DNA from: Escherichia coli
GTDB taxonomy: Bacteria > Pseudomonadota > Gammaproteobacteria > Enterobacterales > Enterobacteriaceae
NCBI RefSeq assembly: GCF_003334385.1
Contig: NZ_QOWN01000006.1
DNA length: 64,000 bases
Direction: 5' to 3' (one strand)
Position numbers and translations under genes: made by a program. How positions within the stretch are numbered: the first letter of the stretch is position 1; each line of letters starts with the position of its first letter. Shown one piece after another: positions 23,946-37,200 of the stretch. Under the pieces are notes generated by a model that was not told where the DNA came from, ran no database searches, and worked only from the letters and a program-made list of their open reading frames with translations.

Positions 23946-24905
23946 ATGATGGAGTCACCGCAAACGCAATCTGAAATCTCTATTCACCAGTTGGTGGTCG
24001 GGAAACCTGCAAACGATGGCAATATTCCTGCTCAGTGTGAACTGCTGCGCTGTTCGTTGCAGGAAGGTATGGATATTTTGCTCTGGAGGGGCCATTTTGC
24101 GCGGCCTGAGACGTTGCAGCTACACGACGATCTGGGCAGGATTAACTTCTCGTGCATCCTGGAAGGCACATCGCGCTTTGCGATTCAGGGACTCCGGCGC
24201 CACACCGACTGGGAGCTTGCGCGCAATCGTCATTACATTACCCATACGCCAGACTGTCGCGGCAGCGCCTCCTATTGTGGCCGATTCGAGAGCATTACCC
24301 TCTCCTTCAGCCCTGAAACCCTCGCGCTGTGGGTGCCGGATATTAGCGCGGTCATTAAGAATAAGATCGACTCCCACTGCTGTTGCCAGCAGCAGCGTTG
24401 TAATGCTGAAACCCACTTAACGGCTCAGGCCTTGCGTCACGCGCTGATGCGCATGCACGGCGGCTTCAGTCATGAACAAAAGCCGTCGACGCTATGGTTG
24501 CAGGGGCAAAGTCTGGTCATGCTCAGTCTGGTGCTGGATGAACATCGCGAAGACGCCAGTTGCCTCTCCTGCCACTTCAACCCGATGGAACGCCAGAAAC
24601 TGCTGCGGGCGAAGGATCTGCTGCTGGCTGATCTGACGCAAGCGCCGGGCGTCGCGGAGCTGGCCAGAGAGTCCGGTCTGAGCGTTCTCAAAATTAAGCG
24701 AGGCTTCCGCGTTCTGTTCAACAACAGCGTCTATGGCCTGTTTCAGGCTGAACGAATGCAGGAAGCCAGAAGACGCCTGGCCAACGGCAATACCTCCGTC
24801 ATGACGGTGGCGGCCGATCTGGGCTATGCCAACGCCAGCCATTTCTCTGCCGCCTTCCAGAAACAGTTTGGCGTAACTCCTTCGACCTTTAAACGCGGGA
24901 TGTAA
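23946..24905 (+). CDS. ybtA: AraC-family transcriptional activator of yersiniabactin genes
   Basis: 319 aa; C-terminal AraC helix-turn-helix; divergent from ybtP. Confidence 0.85.
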   Translation: MMESPQTQSEISIHQLVVGKPANDGNIPAQCELLRCSLQEGMDILLWRGHFARPETLQLHDDLGRINFSCILEGTSRFAIQGLRRHTDWELARNRHYITHTPDCRGSASYCGRFESITLSFSPETLALWVPDISAVIKNKIDSHCCCQQQRCNAETHLTAQALRHALMRMHGGFSHEQKPSTLWLQGQSLVMLSLVLDEHREDASCLSCHFNPMERQKLLRAKDLLLADLTQAPGVAELARESGLSVLKIKRGFRVLFNNSVYGLFQAERMQEARRRLANGNTSVMTVAADLGYANASHFSAAFQKQFGVTPSTFKRGM

Positions 24906-24937
24906 CCGGGGTCGCGCCCCCCTAAACTCCTCCCTGA

Positions 24938-24976
24938 CAGAGGCCCGGATACCCCATCCGGGCCTCTGTTCTTTCC
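24938..24976 (+). terminator. Intrinsic terminator after ybtA
   Basis: cagaggcccggat...atccgggcctctg stem followed by ttcttt. Confidence 0.65.
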
Positions 24977-24986
24977 GCCTGTTACC

Positions 24987-25056
24987 AACCCGAAACGGGC
25001 ATAAATAAACCCGTTTCGGGTAGCATCCAATTGTTAATAATTATTATTCTCATATG
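24987..25056 (+). promoter_or_regulatory. irp2 promoter region: inverted repeat cccgaaacggg...cccgtttcggg (presumed YbtA site) plus Fur-box-like ttaataattattattctcat
   Basis: Palindrome at about 24989-25020, nearly identical to the one upstream of fyuA; AT-rich Fur-like element at about 25031-25056. Confidence 0.6.
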
Positions 25057-25095
25057 AGTAATGCTTTTCGGTAAGACGTGCCATCAGGAGGAAGA

Positions 25096-28000
25096 ATGAT
25101 TTCTGGCGCACCATCTCAGGATTCGCTGTTACCGGACAACCGCCACGCGGCTGATTACCAACAATTACGCGAGCGGCTCATACAGGAACTGAATTTAACG
25201 CCGCAGCAGTTACATGAAGAGAGCAACCTGATCCAGGCCGGTCTGGATTCCATAAGATTGATGAGATGGTTACACTGGTTTCGTAAAAATGGCTACCGCC
25301 TTACCCTTCGCGAGCTGTATGCCGCCCCCACGCTGGCGGCATGGAACCAGTTAATGCTCAGCCGGTCGCCGGAGAACGCGGAAGAAGAAACGCCGCCCGA
25401 CGAATCATCCTGGCCGAACATGACCGAAAGTACCCCCTTCCCATTGACGCCAGTACAGCACGCCTACCTGACGGGCCGCATGCCGGGGCAGACGCTTGGC
25501 GGCGTGGGTTGCCACCTGTATCAGGAGTTTGAAGGCCATTGTCTGACGGCGTCGCAGCTGGAGCAGGCCATCACGACCTTGCTGCAACGCCACCCAATGC
25601 TGCATATCGCCTTTCGCCCCGACGGGCAGCAGGTCTGGCTACCGCAACCTTACTGGAACGGCGTCACCGTTCATGATTTACGCCATAACGACGCTGAAAG
25701 CCGCCAGGCCTATCTGGACGCACTGCGCCAGCGCCTGAGCCACCGTCTTTTACGCGTGGAAATCGGCGAAACGTTTGATTTTCAGCTGACGCTCTTGCCG
25801 GACAATCGCCACCGCCTCCATGTCAATATTGACCTGCTGATTATGGATGCCTCCAGCTTTACGCTTTTCTTCGATGAGCTTAACGCCCTGCTGGCCGGAG
25901 AATCGCTGCCGGCTATCGACACCCGCTATGATTTCCGCTCGTATTTGCTGCACCAGCAGAAGATCAATCAACCACTGAGAGACGTCGCGCGCGCTTACTG
26001 GCTGGCGAAAGCATCGACGCTTCCCCCCGCGCCCGTCTTGCCGCTGGCCTGCGAACCCGCCACGCTACGTGAAGTCCGTAATACCCGACGCCGCATGATT
26101 GTCCCGGCAACACGCTGGCACGCCTTTAGCAACCGGGCCGGCGAGTATGGCGTGACGCCGACAATGGCACTGGCGACCTGTTTTTCTGCCGTGCTGGCTC
26201 GCTGGGGCGGCCTGACGCGTCTGCTGCTTAACATCACCTTATTCGACCGCCAGCCGCTGCAACCGGCGGTTAGCGCGATGCTTGCCGACTTCACCAATAT
26301 TCTTCTGCTGGATACCGCCTGCGATGGCGATACCGTCAGCAACCTGGCGCGTAAAAACCAGCTCACGTTTACGGAGGACTGGGAGCATCGCCACTGGTCC
26401 GGCGTCGAATTACTCCGTGAACTCAAACGCCAGCAGCGCTACCCCCACGGCGCCCCGGTGGTATTTACCAGCAATCTGGGGCGTTCCCTCTACAGCAGCC
26501 GCGCAGAATCGCCGTTGGGCGAGCCGGAATGGGGCATCTCGCAAACGCCGCAGGTCTGGATAGATCATCTGGCGTTCGAGCATCACGGCGAGGTCTGGCT
26601 ACAATGGGACAGCAACGACGCGCTGTTCCCTCCGGCGTTAGTCGAAACATTGTTCGACGCCTACTGCCAGTTGATTAACCAACTCTGCGATGACGAAAGC
26701 GCCTGGCAAAAGCCGTTCGCAGATATGATGCCCGCCAGCCAGCGCGCGATACGCGAACGGGTCAACGCCACCGGCGCCCCCATTCCCGAAGGCTTGCTGC
26801 ATGAAGGCATTTTCCGTATCGCTCTGCAACAGCCGCAGGCGCTGGCGGTAACGGACATGCGTTATCAGTGGAATTATCATGAGCTGACAGACTATGCCCG
26901 CCGTTGCGCGGGCAGGTTAATCGAGTGCGGGGTTCAGCCCGGCGATAATGTGGCTATCACGATGTCGAAAGGCGCAGGACAACTTGTTGCGGTTCTGGCC
27001 GTCCTGCTGGCCGGGGCGGTTTACGTTCCGGTTTCGCTGGATCAGCCTGCCGCACGGCGCGAGAAAATCTACGCTGACGCCAGCGTCCGGCTGGTGCTCA
27101 TTTGTCAGCACGACGCCAGCGCCGGGTCAGACGATATTCCCGCCCTTGCCTGGCAGCAGGCCATTGAGGCGGAGCCGATCGCCAACCCGGTAGTACGCGC
27201 CCCCACGCAACCGGCCTACATTATCTACACCTCCGGCTCTACCGGTACGCCGAAAGGGGTAGTCATTTCTCACCGGGGAGCGCTTAACACCTGTTGCGAT
27301 ATCAATACCCGCTATCAGGTTGGCCCGCATGACAGGGTGCTGGCCCTCTCCGCCCTACATTTTGATTTATCGGTTTACGACATTTTTGGCGTACTGCGCG
27401 CGGGCGGCGCGCTGGTGATGGTGATGGAAAATCAACGGCGCGATCCTCACGCATGGTGTGAGCTGATCCAGCGCCATCAGGTCACGCTCTGGAACAGCGT
27501 CCCGGCGCTGTTCGATATGCTGCTGACCTGGTGTGAAGGTTTCGCCGACGCCACGCCGGAAAACCTGCGCGCAGTGATGCTTTCCGGCGACTGGATCGGG
27601 CTTGACCTCCCCGCCCGTTATCGGGCCTTCCGGCCACAAGGACAATTTATCGCGATGGGCGGCGCCACCGAGGCGTCTATCTGGTCTAACGCCTGCGAAA
27701 TTCACGACGTCCCCGCCCACTGGCGCTCCATCCCTTACGGTTTTCCGCTAACCAACCAACGCTACCGGGTGGTGGATGAACAGGGCCGGGACTGCCCTGA
27801 CTGGGTGCCGGGTGAATTATGGATTGGCGGCATTGGGGTCGCGGAAGGCTATTTCAACGATCCCCTGCGTAGCGAGCAGCAATTTTTGACGCTCCCGGAC
27901 GAGCGCTGGTATCGCACCGGCGATCTCGGCTGCTACTGGCCAGATGGCACAATCGAGTTCCTCGGTCGTCGCGACAAGCAGGTCAAAGTCGGAGGATATC

Positions 28001-31000
28001 GCATCGAGCTGGGCGAAATCGAAAGCGCGCTCAGCCAGCTGGTGGGGGTGAAACAAGCAACCGTTCTGGCGATCGGCGAAAAAGAAAAAACGCTGGCGGC
28101 ATACGTTGTTCCTCAGGGCGAGGCTTTTTGCGTTACCGATCATCGGAACCCGGCACTGCCGCAGGCGTGGCACACGCTTGCGGGAACGTTGCCCTGTTGC
28201 GCCATCTCGCCAGAGATCTCCGCAGAACAGGTAGCCGATTTCCTTCAGCATCGCCTGCTAAAACTGAAGCCGGGTCACACCGCTGGCGCCGATCCTCTCC
28301 CCCTGATGAACTCACTCGCTATCCAGCCGCGCTGGCAGGCCGTGGTGGAACGCTGGTTAGCATTTCTGGTGACACAACGGCGACTGAAGCCCGCTGCTGA
28401 AGGTTATCAGGTCTGCGCTGGTGAAGAACGCGAGGATGAGCACCCGCACTTCAGCGGACATGATTTAACGTTATCGCAAATTCTTCGCGGTGCCCGTAAC
28501 GAACTGTCGTTACTGAACGACGCGCAGTGGTCGCCGGAAAGCCTGGCCTTTAACCATCCGGCCAGCGCCCCGTATATTCAGGAACTGGCGACAATTTGCC
28601 AACAGCTTGCACAGCGCTTACAGCGCCCGGTACGCCTGCTTGAGGTGGGAACCCGCACTGGCCGCGCCGCAGAATCGCTGTTAGCACAGCTCAACGCCGG
28701 ACAGATTGAGTATGTCGGGCTTGAGCAGAGCCAGGAGATGCTGCTGAGCGCCCGGCAGAGGCTCGCCCCCTGGCCTGGCGCCCGTCTGTCCCTCTGGAAT
28801 GCAGACACGCTGGCGGCGCACGCTCACTCGGCGGACATTATCTGGCTTAATAACGCCCTGCATCGTCTGCTGCCGGAAGATCCCGGGCTCCTTGCGACAT
28901 TACAACAGCTTGCCGTTCCCGGCGCGCTGCTCTACGTGATGGAGTTTCGCCAGTTAACGCCGTCCGCCCTACTCAGCACGCTCCTGTTAACCAATGGGCA
29001 GCCGGAGGCCTTGCTGCATAACAGCGCCGACTGGGCGGCATTATTTAGCGCGGCCGGCTTCAACTGTCAGCATGGCGATGAGGTCGCGGGGTTACAACGC
29101 TTCCTCGTACAATGTCCTGACAGGCAGGTGCGCCGCGATCCCCGTCAACTTCAGGCCGCCCTCGCCGGGCGTCTGCCGGGGTGGATGGTGCCGCAACGGA
29201 TCGTCTTCCTCGACGCCTTACCGCTGACAGCTAACGGGAAAATTGACTACCAGGCGCTGAAGCGTCGTCATACCCCTGAAGCGGAAAACCCGGCCGAAGC
29301 GGATTTACCCCAGGGCGACATTGAAAAACAGGTTGCCGCCCTCTGGCAGCAACTCTTATCAACTGACAATGTCACCAGAGAAACCGACTTCTTCCAGCAA
29401 GGCGGCGATAGCCTGCTGGCGACCCGTCTGACCGGGCAACTTCATCAGGCAGGTTATGAAGCGCAATTAAGCGACCTGTTTAATCATCCCCGGCTGGCGG
29501 ATTTTGCCGCCACGCTGCGGAAAACCGACGTCCCGGTCGAACAACCATTCGTCCACTCCCTTGAAGATCGCTACCAGCCCTTTGCGCTTACCGACGTGCA
29601 GCAGGCTTACCTGGTGGGGCGTCAGCCGGGCTTTGCCCTGGGCGGCGTCGGCTCACATTTATTTGTTGAATTTGAAATTGCCGATCTGGACCTCACCCGG
29701 CTGGAGACGGTCTGGAACCGATTAATCGCCCGCCACGATATGCTGCGCGCCATCGTGCGTGATGGACAGCAACAGGTGCTCGAACAGACGCCCCCCTGGG
29801 TGATACCCGCACACACCCTCCATACGCCTGAAGAGGCGTTGCGGGTGCGCGAAAAACTGGCGCATCAGGTACTCAACCCCGAAGTGTGGCCGGTATTCGA
29901 TCTCCAGGTCGGATACGTGGACGGGATGCCTGCCCGCCTGTGGCTGTGTCTGGATAACCTGTTGCTTGACGGTCTGAGCATGCAGATCCTGCTGGCGGAG
30001 CTGGAGCACGGCTACCGCTACCCGCAACAGCTGCTTCCGCCGCTGCCCGTCACCTTCAGGGATTATCTGCAACAACCCTCGCTACAGTCGCCCAATCCAG
30101 ATTCTCTGGCATGGTGGCAGGCGCAGCTTGATGATATTCCTCCGGCGCCTGCGTTGCCGCTGCGCTGCTTGCCTCAGGAGGTTGAAACACCGCGCTTCGC
30201 CCGCCTGAACGGCGCACTGGACAGCACGCGCTGGCATCGGCTGAAAAAACGGGCGGCTGACGCCCATCTCACCCCGTCGGCCGTACTGTTGTCGGTGTGG
30301 TCAACGGTTCTCTCTGCATGGAGTGCACAGCCTGACTTCACGCTTAACCTTACGCTTTTCGACAGGCGACCGCTGCACCCGCAAATCAACCAGATTCTGG
30401 GCGATTTCACCTCGCTGATGCTGCTGAGCTGGCATCCCGGCGAAAGCTGGCTGCACAGCGCGCAGTCACTACAGCAGCGGCTGAGCCAGAACCTCAACCA
30501 CCGCGATGTGTCAGCCATCCGCGTGATGCGTCAACTGGCGCAACGGCAAAACGTGCCAGCCGTTCCGATGCCCGTCGTCTTTACCAGCGCGCTGGGCTTT
30601 GAGCAGGATAACTTCCTCGCCCGGCGTAATCTGCTCAAACCGGTCTGGGGCATCTCCCAGACGCCGCAGGTCTGGCTCGATCACCAGATTTATGAATCCG
30701 AAGGCGAACTGCGCTTTAACTGGGATTTTGTCGCCGCGCTGTTTCCTGCCGGGCAGGTGGAGCGCCAGTTTGAACAGTATTGCGCATTGCTAAACCGAAT
30801 GGCCGAGGATGAAAGCGGCTGGCAACTGCCGCTCGCCGCGCTGGTGCCTCCCGTTAAACACGCAGGGCAATGCGCAGAGCGCTCACCGCGCGTATGCCCT
30901 GAGCACTCTCAGCCACACATTGCGGCGGACGAGAGCACCGTCAGCCTGATTTGCGACGCCTTCCGCGAGGTGGTTGGCGAGTCTGTCACGCCCGCAGAAA

Positions 31001-31203
31001 ACTTCTTTGAGGCGGGCGCAACGTCGCTGAATCTGGTGCAACTGCACGTTTTGTTACAACGTCACGAATTTTCCACCCTGACGTTGCTTGACCTCTTCAC
31101 CCACCCTTCTCCTGCTGCCCTGGCCGATTATCTGGCCGGCGTCGCCACGGTGGAGAAAACACAACGACCTCGCCCTGTTCGCCGTCGTCAGCGGCGGATA
31201 TAG
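25096..31203 (+). CDS. irp2: HMWP2 yersiniabactin NRPS (ArCP-Cy-A-PCP-Cy-PCP architecture)
   Basis: Start at MISGAPSQ with an AGGAGG RBS; carrier motifs GLDSI, GGDSLL, GATSL; adenylation motif [11 protein letters not shown]; Cy motifs DxxxxDxxS; embedded methyltransferase-like LEVGTRTG. Confidence 0.9.
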   Translation: MISGAPSQDSLLPDNRHAADYQQLRERLIQELNLTPQQLHEESNLIQAGLDSIRLMRWLHWFRKNGYRLTLRELYAAPTLAAWNQLMLSRSPENAEEETPPDESSWPNMTESTPFPLTPVQHAYLTGRMPGQTLGGVGCHLYQEFEGHCLTASQLEQAITTLLQRHPMLHIAFRPDGQQVWLPQPYWNGVTVHDLRHNDAESRQAYLDALRQRLSHRLLRVEIGETFDFQLTLLPDNRHRLHVNIDLLIMDASSFTLFFDELNALLAGESLPAIDTRYDFRSYLLHQQKINQPLRDVARAYWLAKASTLPPAPVLPLACEPATLREVRNTRRRMIVPATRWHAFSNRAGEYGVTPTMALATCFSAVLARWGGLTRLLLNITLFDRQPLQPAVSAMLADFTNILLLDTACDGDTVSNLARKNQLTFTEDWEHRHWSGVELLRELKRQQRYPHGAPVVFTSNLGRSLYSSRAESPLGEPEWGISQTPQVWIDHLAFEHHGEVWLQWDSNDALFPPALVETLFDAYCQLINQLCDDESAWQKPFADMMPASQRAIRERVNATGAPIPEGLLHEGIFRIALQQPQALAVTDMRYQWNYHELTDYARRCAGRLIECGVQPGDNVAITMSKGAGQLVAVLAVLLAGAVYVPVSLDQPAARREKIYADASVRLVLICQHDASAGSDDIPALAWQQAIEAEPIANPVVRAPTQPAYIIYTSGSTGTPKGVVISHRGALNTCCDINTRYQVGPHDRVLALSALHFDLSVYDIFGVLRAGGALVMVMENQRRDPHAWCELIQRHQVTLWNSVPALFDMLLTWCEGFADATPENLRAVMLSGDWIGLDLPARYRAFRPQGQFIAMGGATEASIWSNACEIHDVPAHWRSIPYGFPLTNQRYRVVDEQGRDCPDWVPGELWIGGIGVAEGYFNDPLRSEQQFLTLPDERWYRTGDLGCYWPDGTIEFLGRRDKQVKVGGYRIELGEIESALSQLVGVKQATVLAIGEKEKTLAAYVVPQGEAFCVTDHRNPALPQAWHTLAGTLPCCAISPEISAEQVADFLQHRLLKLKPGHTAGADPLPLMNSLAIQPRWQAVVERWLAFLVTQRRLKPAAEGYQVCAGEEREDEHPHFSGHDLTLSQILRGARNELSLLNDAQWSPESLAFNHPASAPYIQELATICQQLAQRLQRPVRLLEVGTRTGRAAESLLAQLNAGQIEYVGLEQSQEMLLSARQRLAPWPGARLSLWNADTLAAHAHSADIIWLNNALHRLLPEDPGLLATLQQLAVPGALLYVMEFRQLTPSALLSTLLLTNGQPEALLHNSADWAALFSAAGFNCQHGDEVAGLQRFLVQCPDRQVRRDPRQLQAALAGRLPGWMVPQRIVFLDALPLTANGKIDYQALKRRHTPEAENPAEADLPQGDIEKQVAALWQQLLSTDNVTRETDFFQQGGDSLLATRLTGQLHQAGYEAQLSDLFNHPRLADFAATLRKTDVPVEQPFVHSLEDRYQPFALTDVQQAYLVGRQPGFALGGVGSHLFVEFEIADLDLTRLETVWNRLIARHDMLRAIVRDGQQQVLEQTPPWVIPAHTLHTPEEALRVREKLAHQVLNPEVWPVFDLQVGYVDGMPARLWLCLDNLLLDGLSMQILLAELEHGYRYPQQLLPPLPVTFRDYLQQPSLQSPNPDSLAWWQAQLDDIPPAPALPLRCLPQEVETPRFARLNGALDSTRWHRLKKRAADAHLTPSAVLLSVWSTVLSAWSAQPDFTLNLTLFDRRPLHPQINQILGDFTSLMLLSWHPGESWLHSAQSLQQRLSQNLNHRDVSAIRVMRQLAQRQNVPAVPMPVVFTSALGFEQDNFLARRNLLKPVWGISQTPQVWLDHQIYESEGELRFNWDFVAALFPAGQVERQFEQYCALLNRMAEDESGWQLPLAALVPPVKHAGQCAERSPRVCPEHSQPHIAADESTVSLICDAFREVVGESVTPAENFFEAGATSLNLVQLHVLLQRHEFSTLTLLDLFTHPSPAALADYLAGVATVEKTQRPRPVRRRQRRI

Positions 31204-31290
31204 CGCGAAGCAAACTGATTTTCCCCGGAACGCCATCGCGAACGCATGGCGTTCCATTGACTTTGTGAATCTTAGGAAACGGGACCGATT

Positions 31291-34200
31291 ATGGATAACT
31301 TGCGCTTCTCTTCTGCGCCGACAGCAGATTCCATTGATGCATCGATCGCTCAACACTACCCGGACTGCGAACCTGTCGCGGTTATCGGCTACGCCTGCCA
31401 TTTTCCTGAATCGCCGGATGGCGAAACGTTCTGGCAAAATCTGCTGGAAGGTCGTGAATGCAGCCGACGCTTTACGCGCGAAGAGCTTCTGGCCGTCGGT
31501 CTGGATGCCGCCATCATTGACGATCCTCATTATGTCAATATCGGTACGGTGTTAGACAACGCCGACTGCTTCGACGCCACCCTGTTTGGCTATTCGCGAC
31601 AGGAAGCGGAGTCGATGGACCCGCAGCAGCGCCTGTTTTTGCAGGCGGTCTGGCATGCGCTGGAACATGCCGGTTATGCCCCCGGCGCCGTCCCCCATAA
31701 GACCGGCGTTTTCGCCTCTTCCCGGATGAGTACCTACCCCGGTCGCGAAGCATTGAACGTGACAGAAGTCGCGCAGGTAAAAGGTCTGCAATCTCTGATG
31801 GGCAATGATAAAGACTATATTGCCACCCGCGCCGCGTACAAACTCAACCTGCACGGCCCGGCGTTATCGGTACAGACCGCCTGCTCCAGCTCGCTGGTTG
31901 CCGTGCATCTGGCCTGTGAAAGCCTGCGCGCTGGCGAATCCGATATGGCGGTTGCCGGCGGCGTGGCGCTCTCTTTCCCCCAGCAGGCAGGCTACCGCTA
32001 CCAGCCCGGAATGATTTTCTCTCCTGATGGTCACTGTCGTCCCTTTGACGCCTCGGCTGAGGGCACCTGGGCCGGTAACGGTCTCGGCTGCGTGGTGCTG
32101 CGTCGCCTGAGAGACGCGCTGCTGTCAGGCGATCCGATTATCTCGGTGATCCTCTCCAGCGCGGTCAACAACGACGGCAACAGAAAGGTCGGCTATACCG
32201 CCCCTTCCGTCGCAGGGCAACAAGCAGTCATCGAAGAGGCGTTAATGCTGGCGGCCATCGACGACAGGCAGGTAGGTTACATTGAAACCCACGGCACCGG
32301 CACACCGCTGGGCGACGCGATTGAAATTGAAGCGTTACGCAACGTCTATGCGCCTCGCCCGCAGGATCAGCGCTGTGCGCTCGGTTCCGTGAAAAGTAAC
32401 ATGGGCCATCTGGATACCGCGGCGGGCATTGCCGGACTGCTGAAAACCGTTCTGGCAGTCAGTCGCGGGCAAATTCCTCCCTTACTGAATTTTCACACCC
32501 CCAACCCGGCGCTGAAACTTGAAGAGAGCCCCTTTACCATACCGGTGTCGGCACAGGCATGGCAGGACGAAATGCGCTATGCGGGCGTCTCCTCCTTTGG
32601 TATTGGCGGCACCAACTGCCATATGATCGTCGCCTCGCTGCCCGACGCGCTCAACGCGCGCCTCCCCAATACGGATAGCGGCAGAAAAAGTACCGCGCTG
32701 CTGCTCAGCGCCGCCAGCGACAGCGCGTTGCGGCGGCTGGCGACGGATTATGCCGGGGCGCTGAGAGAGAATGCGGATGCCAGCTCTCTGGCCTTCACAG
32801 CCCTGCACGCGCGCCGTCTCGATCTCCCCTTCCGCCTGGCGGCGCCATTAAACCGTGAAACCGCCGAGGCGCTCAGCGCCTGGGCTAGTGAGAAATCGGG
32901 GGCGCTGGTTTACAGCGGCCACGGCGCCAGCGGCAAGCAGGTGTGGCTGTTTACCGGCCAGGGCTCGCACTGGCGCACTATGGGTCAAACGATGTACCAG
33001 CACTCAACGGCGTTTGCCGACACGCTGGATCGCTGTTTTTCCGCCTGTAGCGAAATGCTCACGCCGTCACTGCGCGAAGCGATGTTTAACCCCGATTCGG
33101 CGCAGCTGGACAATATGGCCTGGGCGCAGCCGGCGATTGTCGCGTTTGAAATCGCGATGGCGGCGCACTGGCGTGCTGAAGGACTGAAGCCAGACTTCGC
33201 CATTGGGCATTCCGTCGGTGAATTTGCCGCTGCCGTTGTCTGCGGACACTATACGATTGAACAGGTCATGCCACTGGTTTGTCGGCGCGGCGCGCTAATG
33301 CAGCAGTGCGCAAGCGGCGCGATGGTGGCGGTATTTGCAGACGAAGACACGCTGATGCCGCTGGCTCGCCAGTTTGAGCTGGATCTCGCCGCCAACAACG
33401 GTACGCAACATACGGTATTTTCCGGGCCGGAAGCCCGTCTCGCGGTATTTTGCGCCACGCTCTCGCAGCATGACATTAACTATCGTCGCCTGAGCGTAAC
33501 CGGTGCGGCGCACTCCGCTTTACTGGAGCCGATACTCGATCGGTTCCAGGACGCCTGCGCGGGACTGCACGCGGAGCCGGGGCAAATACCGATTATTTCC
33601 ACGCTCACCGCCGACGTCATTGATGAGTCAACGCTCAACCAGGCGGATTACTGGCGCCGACACATGCGCCAGCCGGTGCGTTTTATCCAGAGTATTCAGG
33701 TGGCGCATCAGCTCGGCGCCCGCGTTTTTCTGGAGATGGGGCCCGATGCCCAGTTGGTTGCTTGCGGGCAGCGCGAATACCGCGATAACGCATACTGGAT
33801 AGCCAGCGCCCGGCGTAACAAAGAGGCGAGCGATGTCCTCAATCAGGCCCTGCTCCAGCTTTACGCTGCCGGCGTCGCCCTACCGTGGGCCGACCTGCTG
33901 GCGGGCGATGGACAACGTATCGCTGCGCCATGTTATCCGTTTGATACTGAACGTTACTGGAAAGAGCGCGTCTCCCCGGCCTGCGAGCCTGCCGACGCAG
34001 CGCTGTCTGCCGGGCTGGAGGTGGCGAGTCGCGCCGCGACAGCGCTCGATCTCCCTCGCCTGGAAGCGCTTAAACAGTGCGCCACGCGACTGCACGCCAT
34101 CTACGTCGATCAACTGGTACAACGCTGTACCGGCGATGCCATTGAGAACGGCGTGGACGCCATGACCATCATGCGCCGTGGACGTCTGCTGCCCCGCTAC

Positions 34201-37200
34201 CAGCAGCTACTCCAGCGCCTGCTGAATAACTGCGTGGTCGACGGCGATTACCGCTGCACCGACGGGCGATACGTCCGCGCCCGCCCCATTGAACATCAAC
34301 AGCGGGAATCACTGCTGACGGAACTTGCCGGTTATTGTGAAGGTTTTCAGGCTATTCCCGACACCATCGCCCGTGCCGGCGATCGGTTATATGAAATGAT
34401 GAGCGGCGCGGAAGAACCGGTGGCGATTATCTTCCCGCAAAGCGCCTCCGACGGCGTGGAAGTGCTGTATCAGGAATTCAGCTTTGGCCGCTATTTCAAC
34501 CAAATCGCCGCCGGGGTATTACGCGGCATTGTCCAGACGCGTCAGCCCCGCCAGCCGTTGCGTATTCTTGAAGTTGGCGGCGGAACCGGCGGCACCACCG
34601 CGTGGCTGCTGCCGGAACTCAACGGCGTTCCGGCACTGGAGTACCATTTCACCGATATCTCGGCGCTGTTCACCCGTCGCGCCCAGCAGAAATTCGCCGA
34701 CTACGATTTTGTGAAGTATAGCGAGCTGGATCTCGAAAAAGAGGCGCAGTCTCAGGGTTTCCAGGCACAGTCTTACGATCTTATCGTGGCAGCGAACGTG
34801 ATTCACGCCACCCGCCATATTGGCCGCACGCTCGATAATCTGCGCCCCCTGCTCAAGCCGGGCGGGCGCCTGCTGATGCGCGAAATCACCCAGCCAATGC
34901 GTCTGTTTGACTTCGTTTTCGGCCCGCTGGTTCTTCCGCTACAGGATCTCGACGCCCGCGAAGGTGAGTTATTCCTCACCACCGCTCAGTGGCAACAACA
35001 GTGCCGCCACGCCGGATTCAGCAAAGTGGCGTGGCTACCGCAGGATGGCAGCCCGAACGCCGGGATGAGCGAACATATCATTCTCGCCACGCTGCCCGGT
35101 CAGGCGGTTAGCGCCGTAACATTCACCGCGCCATCAGAACCCGTGTTGGGGCAGGCGCTGACGGATAACGGTGATTATCTCGCCGACTGGTCTGATTGCG
35201 CAGGTCAGCCCGAACAGTTTAACGCCCGCTGGCAGGAGGCATGGCGTCTGCTTTCACAGCGTCATGGCGACGCTCTGCCTGTGGAACCGCCCCCCGTCGC
35301 CGCCCCGGAGTGGCTGGGGAAGGTTCGCTTAAGCTGGCAAAACGAAGCCTTTTCCCGCGGTCAGATGCGCGTTGAAGCCCGTCATCCTGCTGGCGAGTGG
35401 CTGCCGCTATCGCCCGCCGCGCCTCTTCCTGCGCCGCAAACGCATTATCAATGGCGCTGGACGCCCCTCAACGTCGCCAGCATTGACCATCCGCTTACCT
35501 TTAGCTTCAGCGCCGGTACGCTTGCGCGCAGCGACGAGCTGGCGCAATACGGCATCATTCACGATCCGCACGCCTCTTCACGACTGATGATTGTTGAGGA
35601 GAGCGAGGATACGCTGGCCTTAGCGGAGAAAGTGATAGCAGCGCTCACCGCCAGCGCAGCCGGGTTGATTGTGGTTACTCGCCGCGCGTGGCGAGTCGAG
35701 GAAAATGAAGCACTCTCTGCATCCCATCACGCGCTATGGGCCTTGCTTCGCGTCGCGGCCAACGAACAGCCGGAACGGTTGCTTGCCGCCATCGATCTCG
35801 CCGAAAACACCCCGTGGGAAACGCTGCATCAAGGGTTGAGCGCAGTCTCACTATCACAGCGCTGGCTCGCCGCACGGGGTGACACCCTTTGGCTTCCTTC
35901 ACTGTCGCCCAATACGGGATGCGCCGCTGAATTACCGGCAAACGTGTTTACCGGCGATAGCCGCTGGCATCTGGTGACCGGAGCGTTTGGCGGATTAGGC
36001 CGCCTTGCCGTGAACTGGCTCAGAGAAAAAGGGGCGCGACGCATCGCCCTGCTGGCGCCGCGCGTGGATGAGTCATGGCTACGCGACGTGGAGGGCGGGC
36101 AGACGCGCGTCTGCCGTTGTGATGTGGGCGATGCCGGGCAACTGGCCACGGTTCTTGACGATCTGGCGGCCAACGGCGGCATTGCCGGAGCGATTCATGC
36201 CGCTGGCGTATTGGCTGACGCGCCCTTGCAGGAGCTTGATGACCACCAGCTGGCTGCCGTTTTCGCGGTAAAAGCGCAGGCGGCAAGCCAGCTGTTGCAA
36301 ACCCTGCGCAACCACGACGGACGCTATCTTATTCTCTACTCTTCCGCTGCCGCCACCCTCGGCGCGCCGGGTCAGAGCGCCCATGCGCTGGCCTGCGGCT
36401 ACCTGGACGGGCTGGCCCAGCAGTTTTCCACCCTTGATGCGCCGAAAACGCTCTCTGTCGCCTGGGGCGCATGGGGAGAAAGCGGTCGGGCGGCCACGCC
36501 GGAAATGCTGGCGACGCTCGCCAGCCGAGGTATGGGCGCGTTAAGCGATGCCGAAGGCTGCTGGCACCTGGAACAGGCGGTGATGCGCGGCGCCCCGTGG
36601 CGACTGGCGATGCGCGTTTTTACCGACAAAATGCCCCCGTTACAACAGGCTCTGTTTAACATCAGCGCCACAGAAAAAGCCGCAACGCCGGTCATTCCTC
36701 CTGCTGATGACAACGCCTTTAACGGCAGCCTGAGCGATGAAACAGCGGTGATGGCATGGCTGAAAAAGCGGATTGCGGTTCAGCTAAGGCTGAGCGATCC
36801 GGCGTCACTGCATCCAAACCAGGATCTGTTGCAACTCGGCATGGACTCGCTGCTCTTCCTTGAACTCAGTAGCGATATTCAGCACTACCTGGGTGTACGC
36901 ATCAATGCGGAACGGGCGTGGCAGGATCTGTCTCCTCATGGACTCACGCAGCTTATCTGTTCTAAGCCAGAGGCGACGCCTGCCGCTTCGCAGCCGGAAG
37001 TGTTGCGGCACGACGCCGACGAGCGTTATGCGCCCTTCCCTTTGACGCCCATTCAGCACGCCTACTGGCTGGGGCGAACCCACCTCATTGGCTATGGCGG
37101 CGTCGCCTGTCACGTCCTGTTTGAGTGGGATAAACGCCACGATGAGTTCGATCTCGCCATACTGGAGAAAGCATGGAACCAGCTCATCGCACGCCACGAT

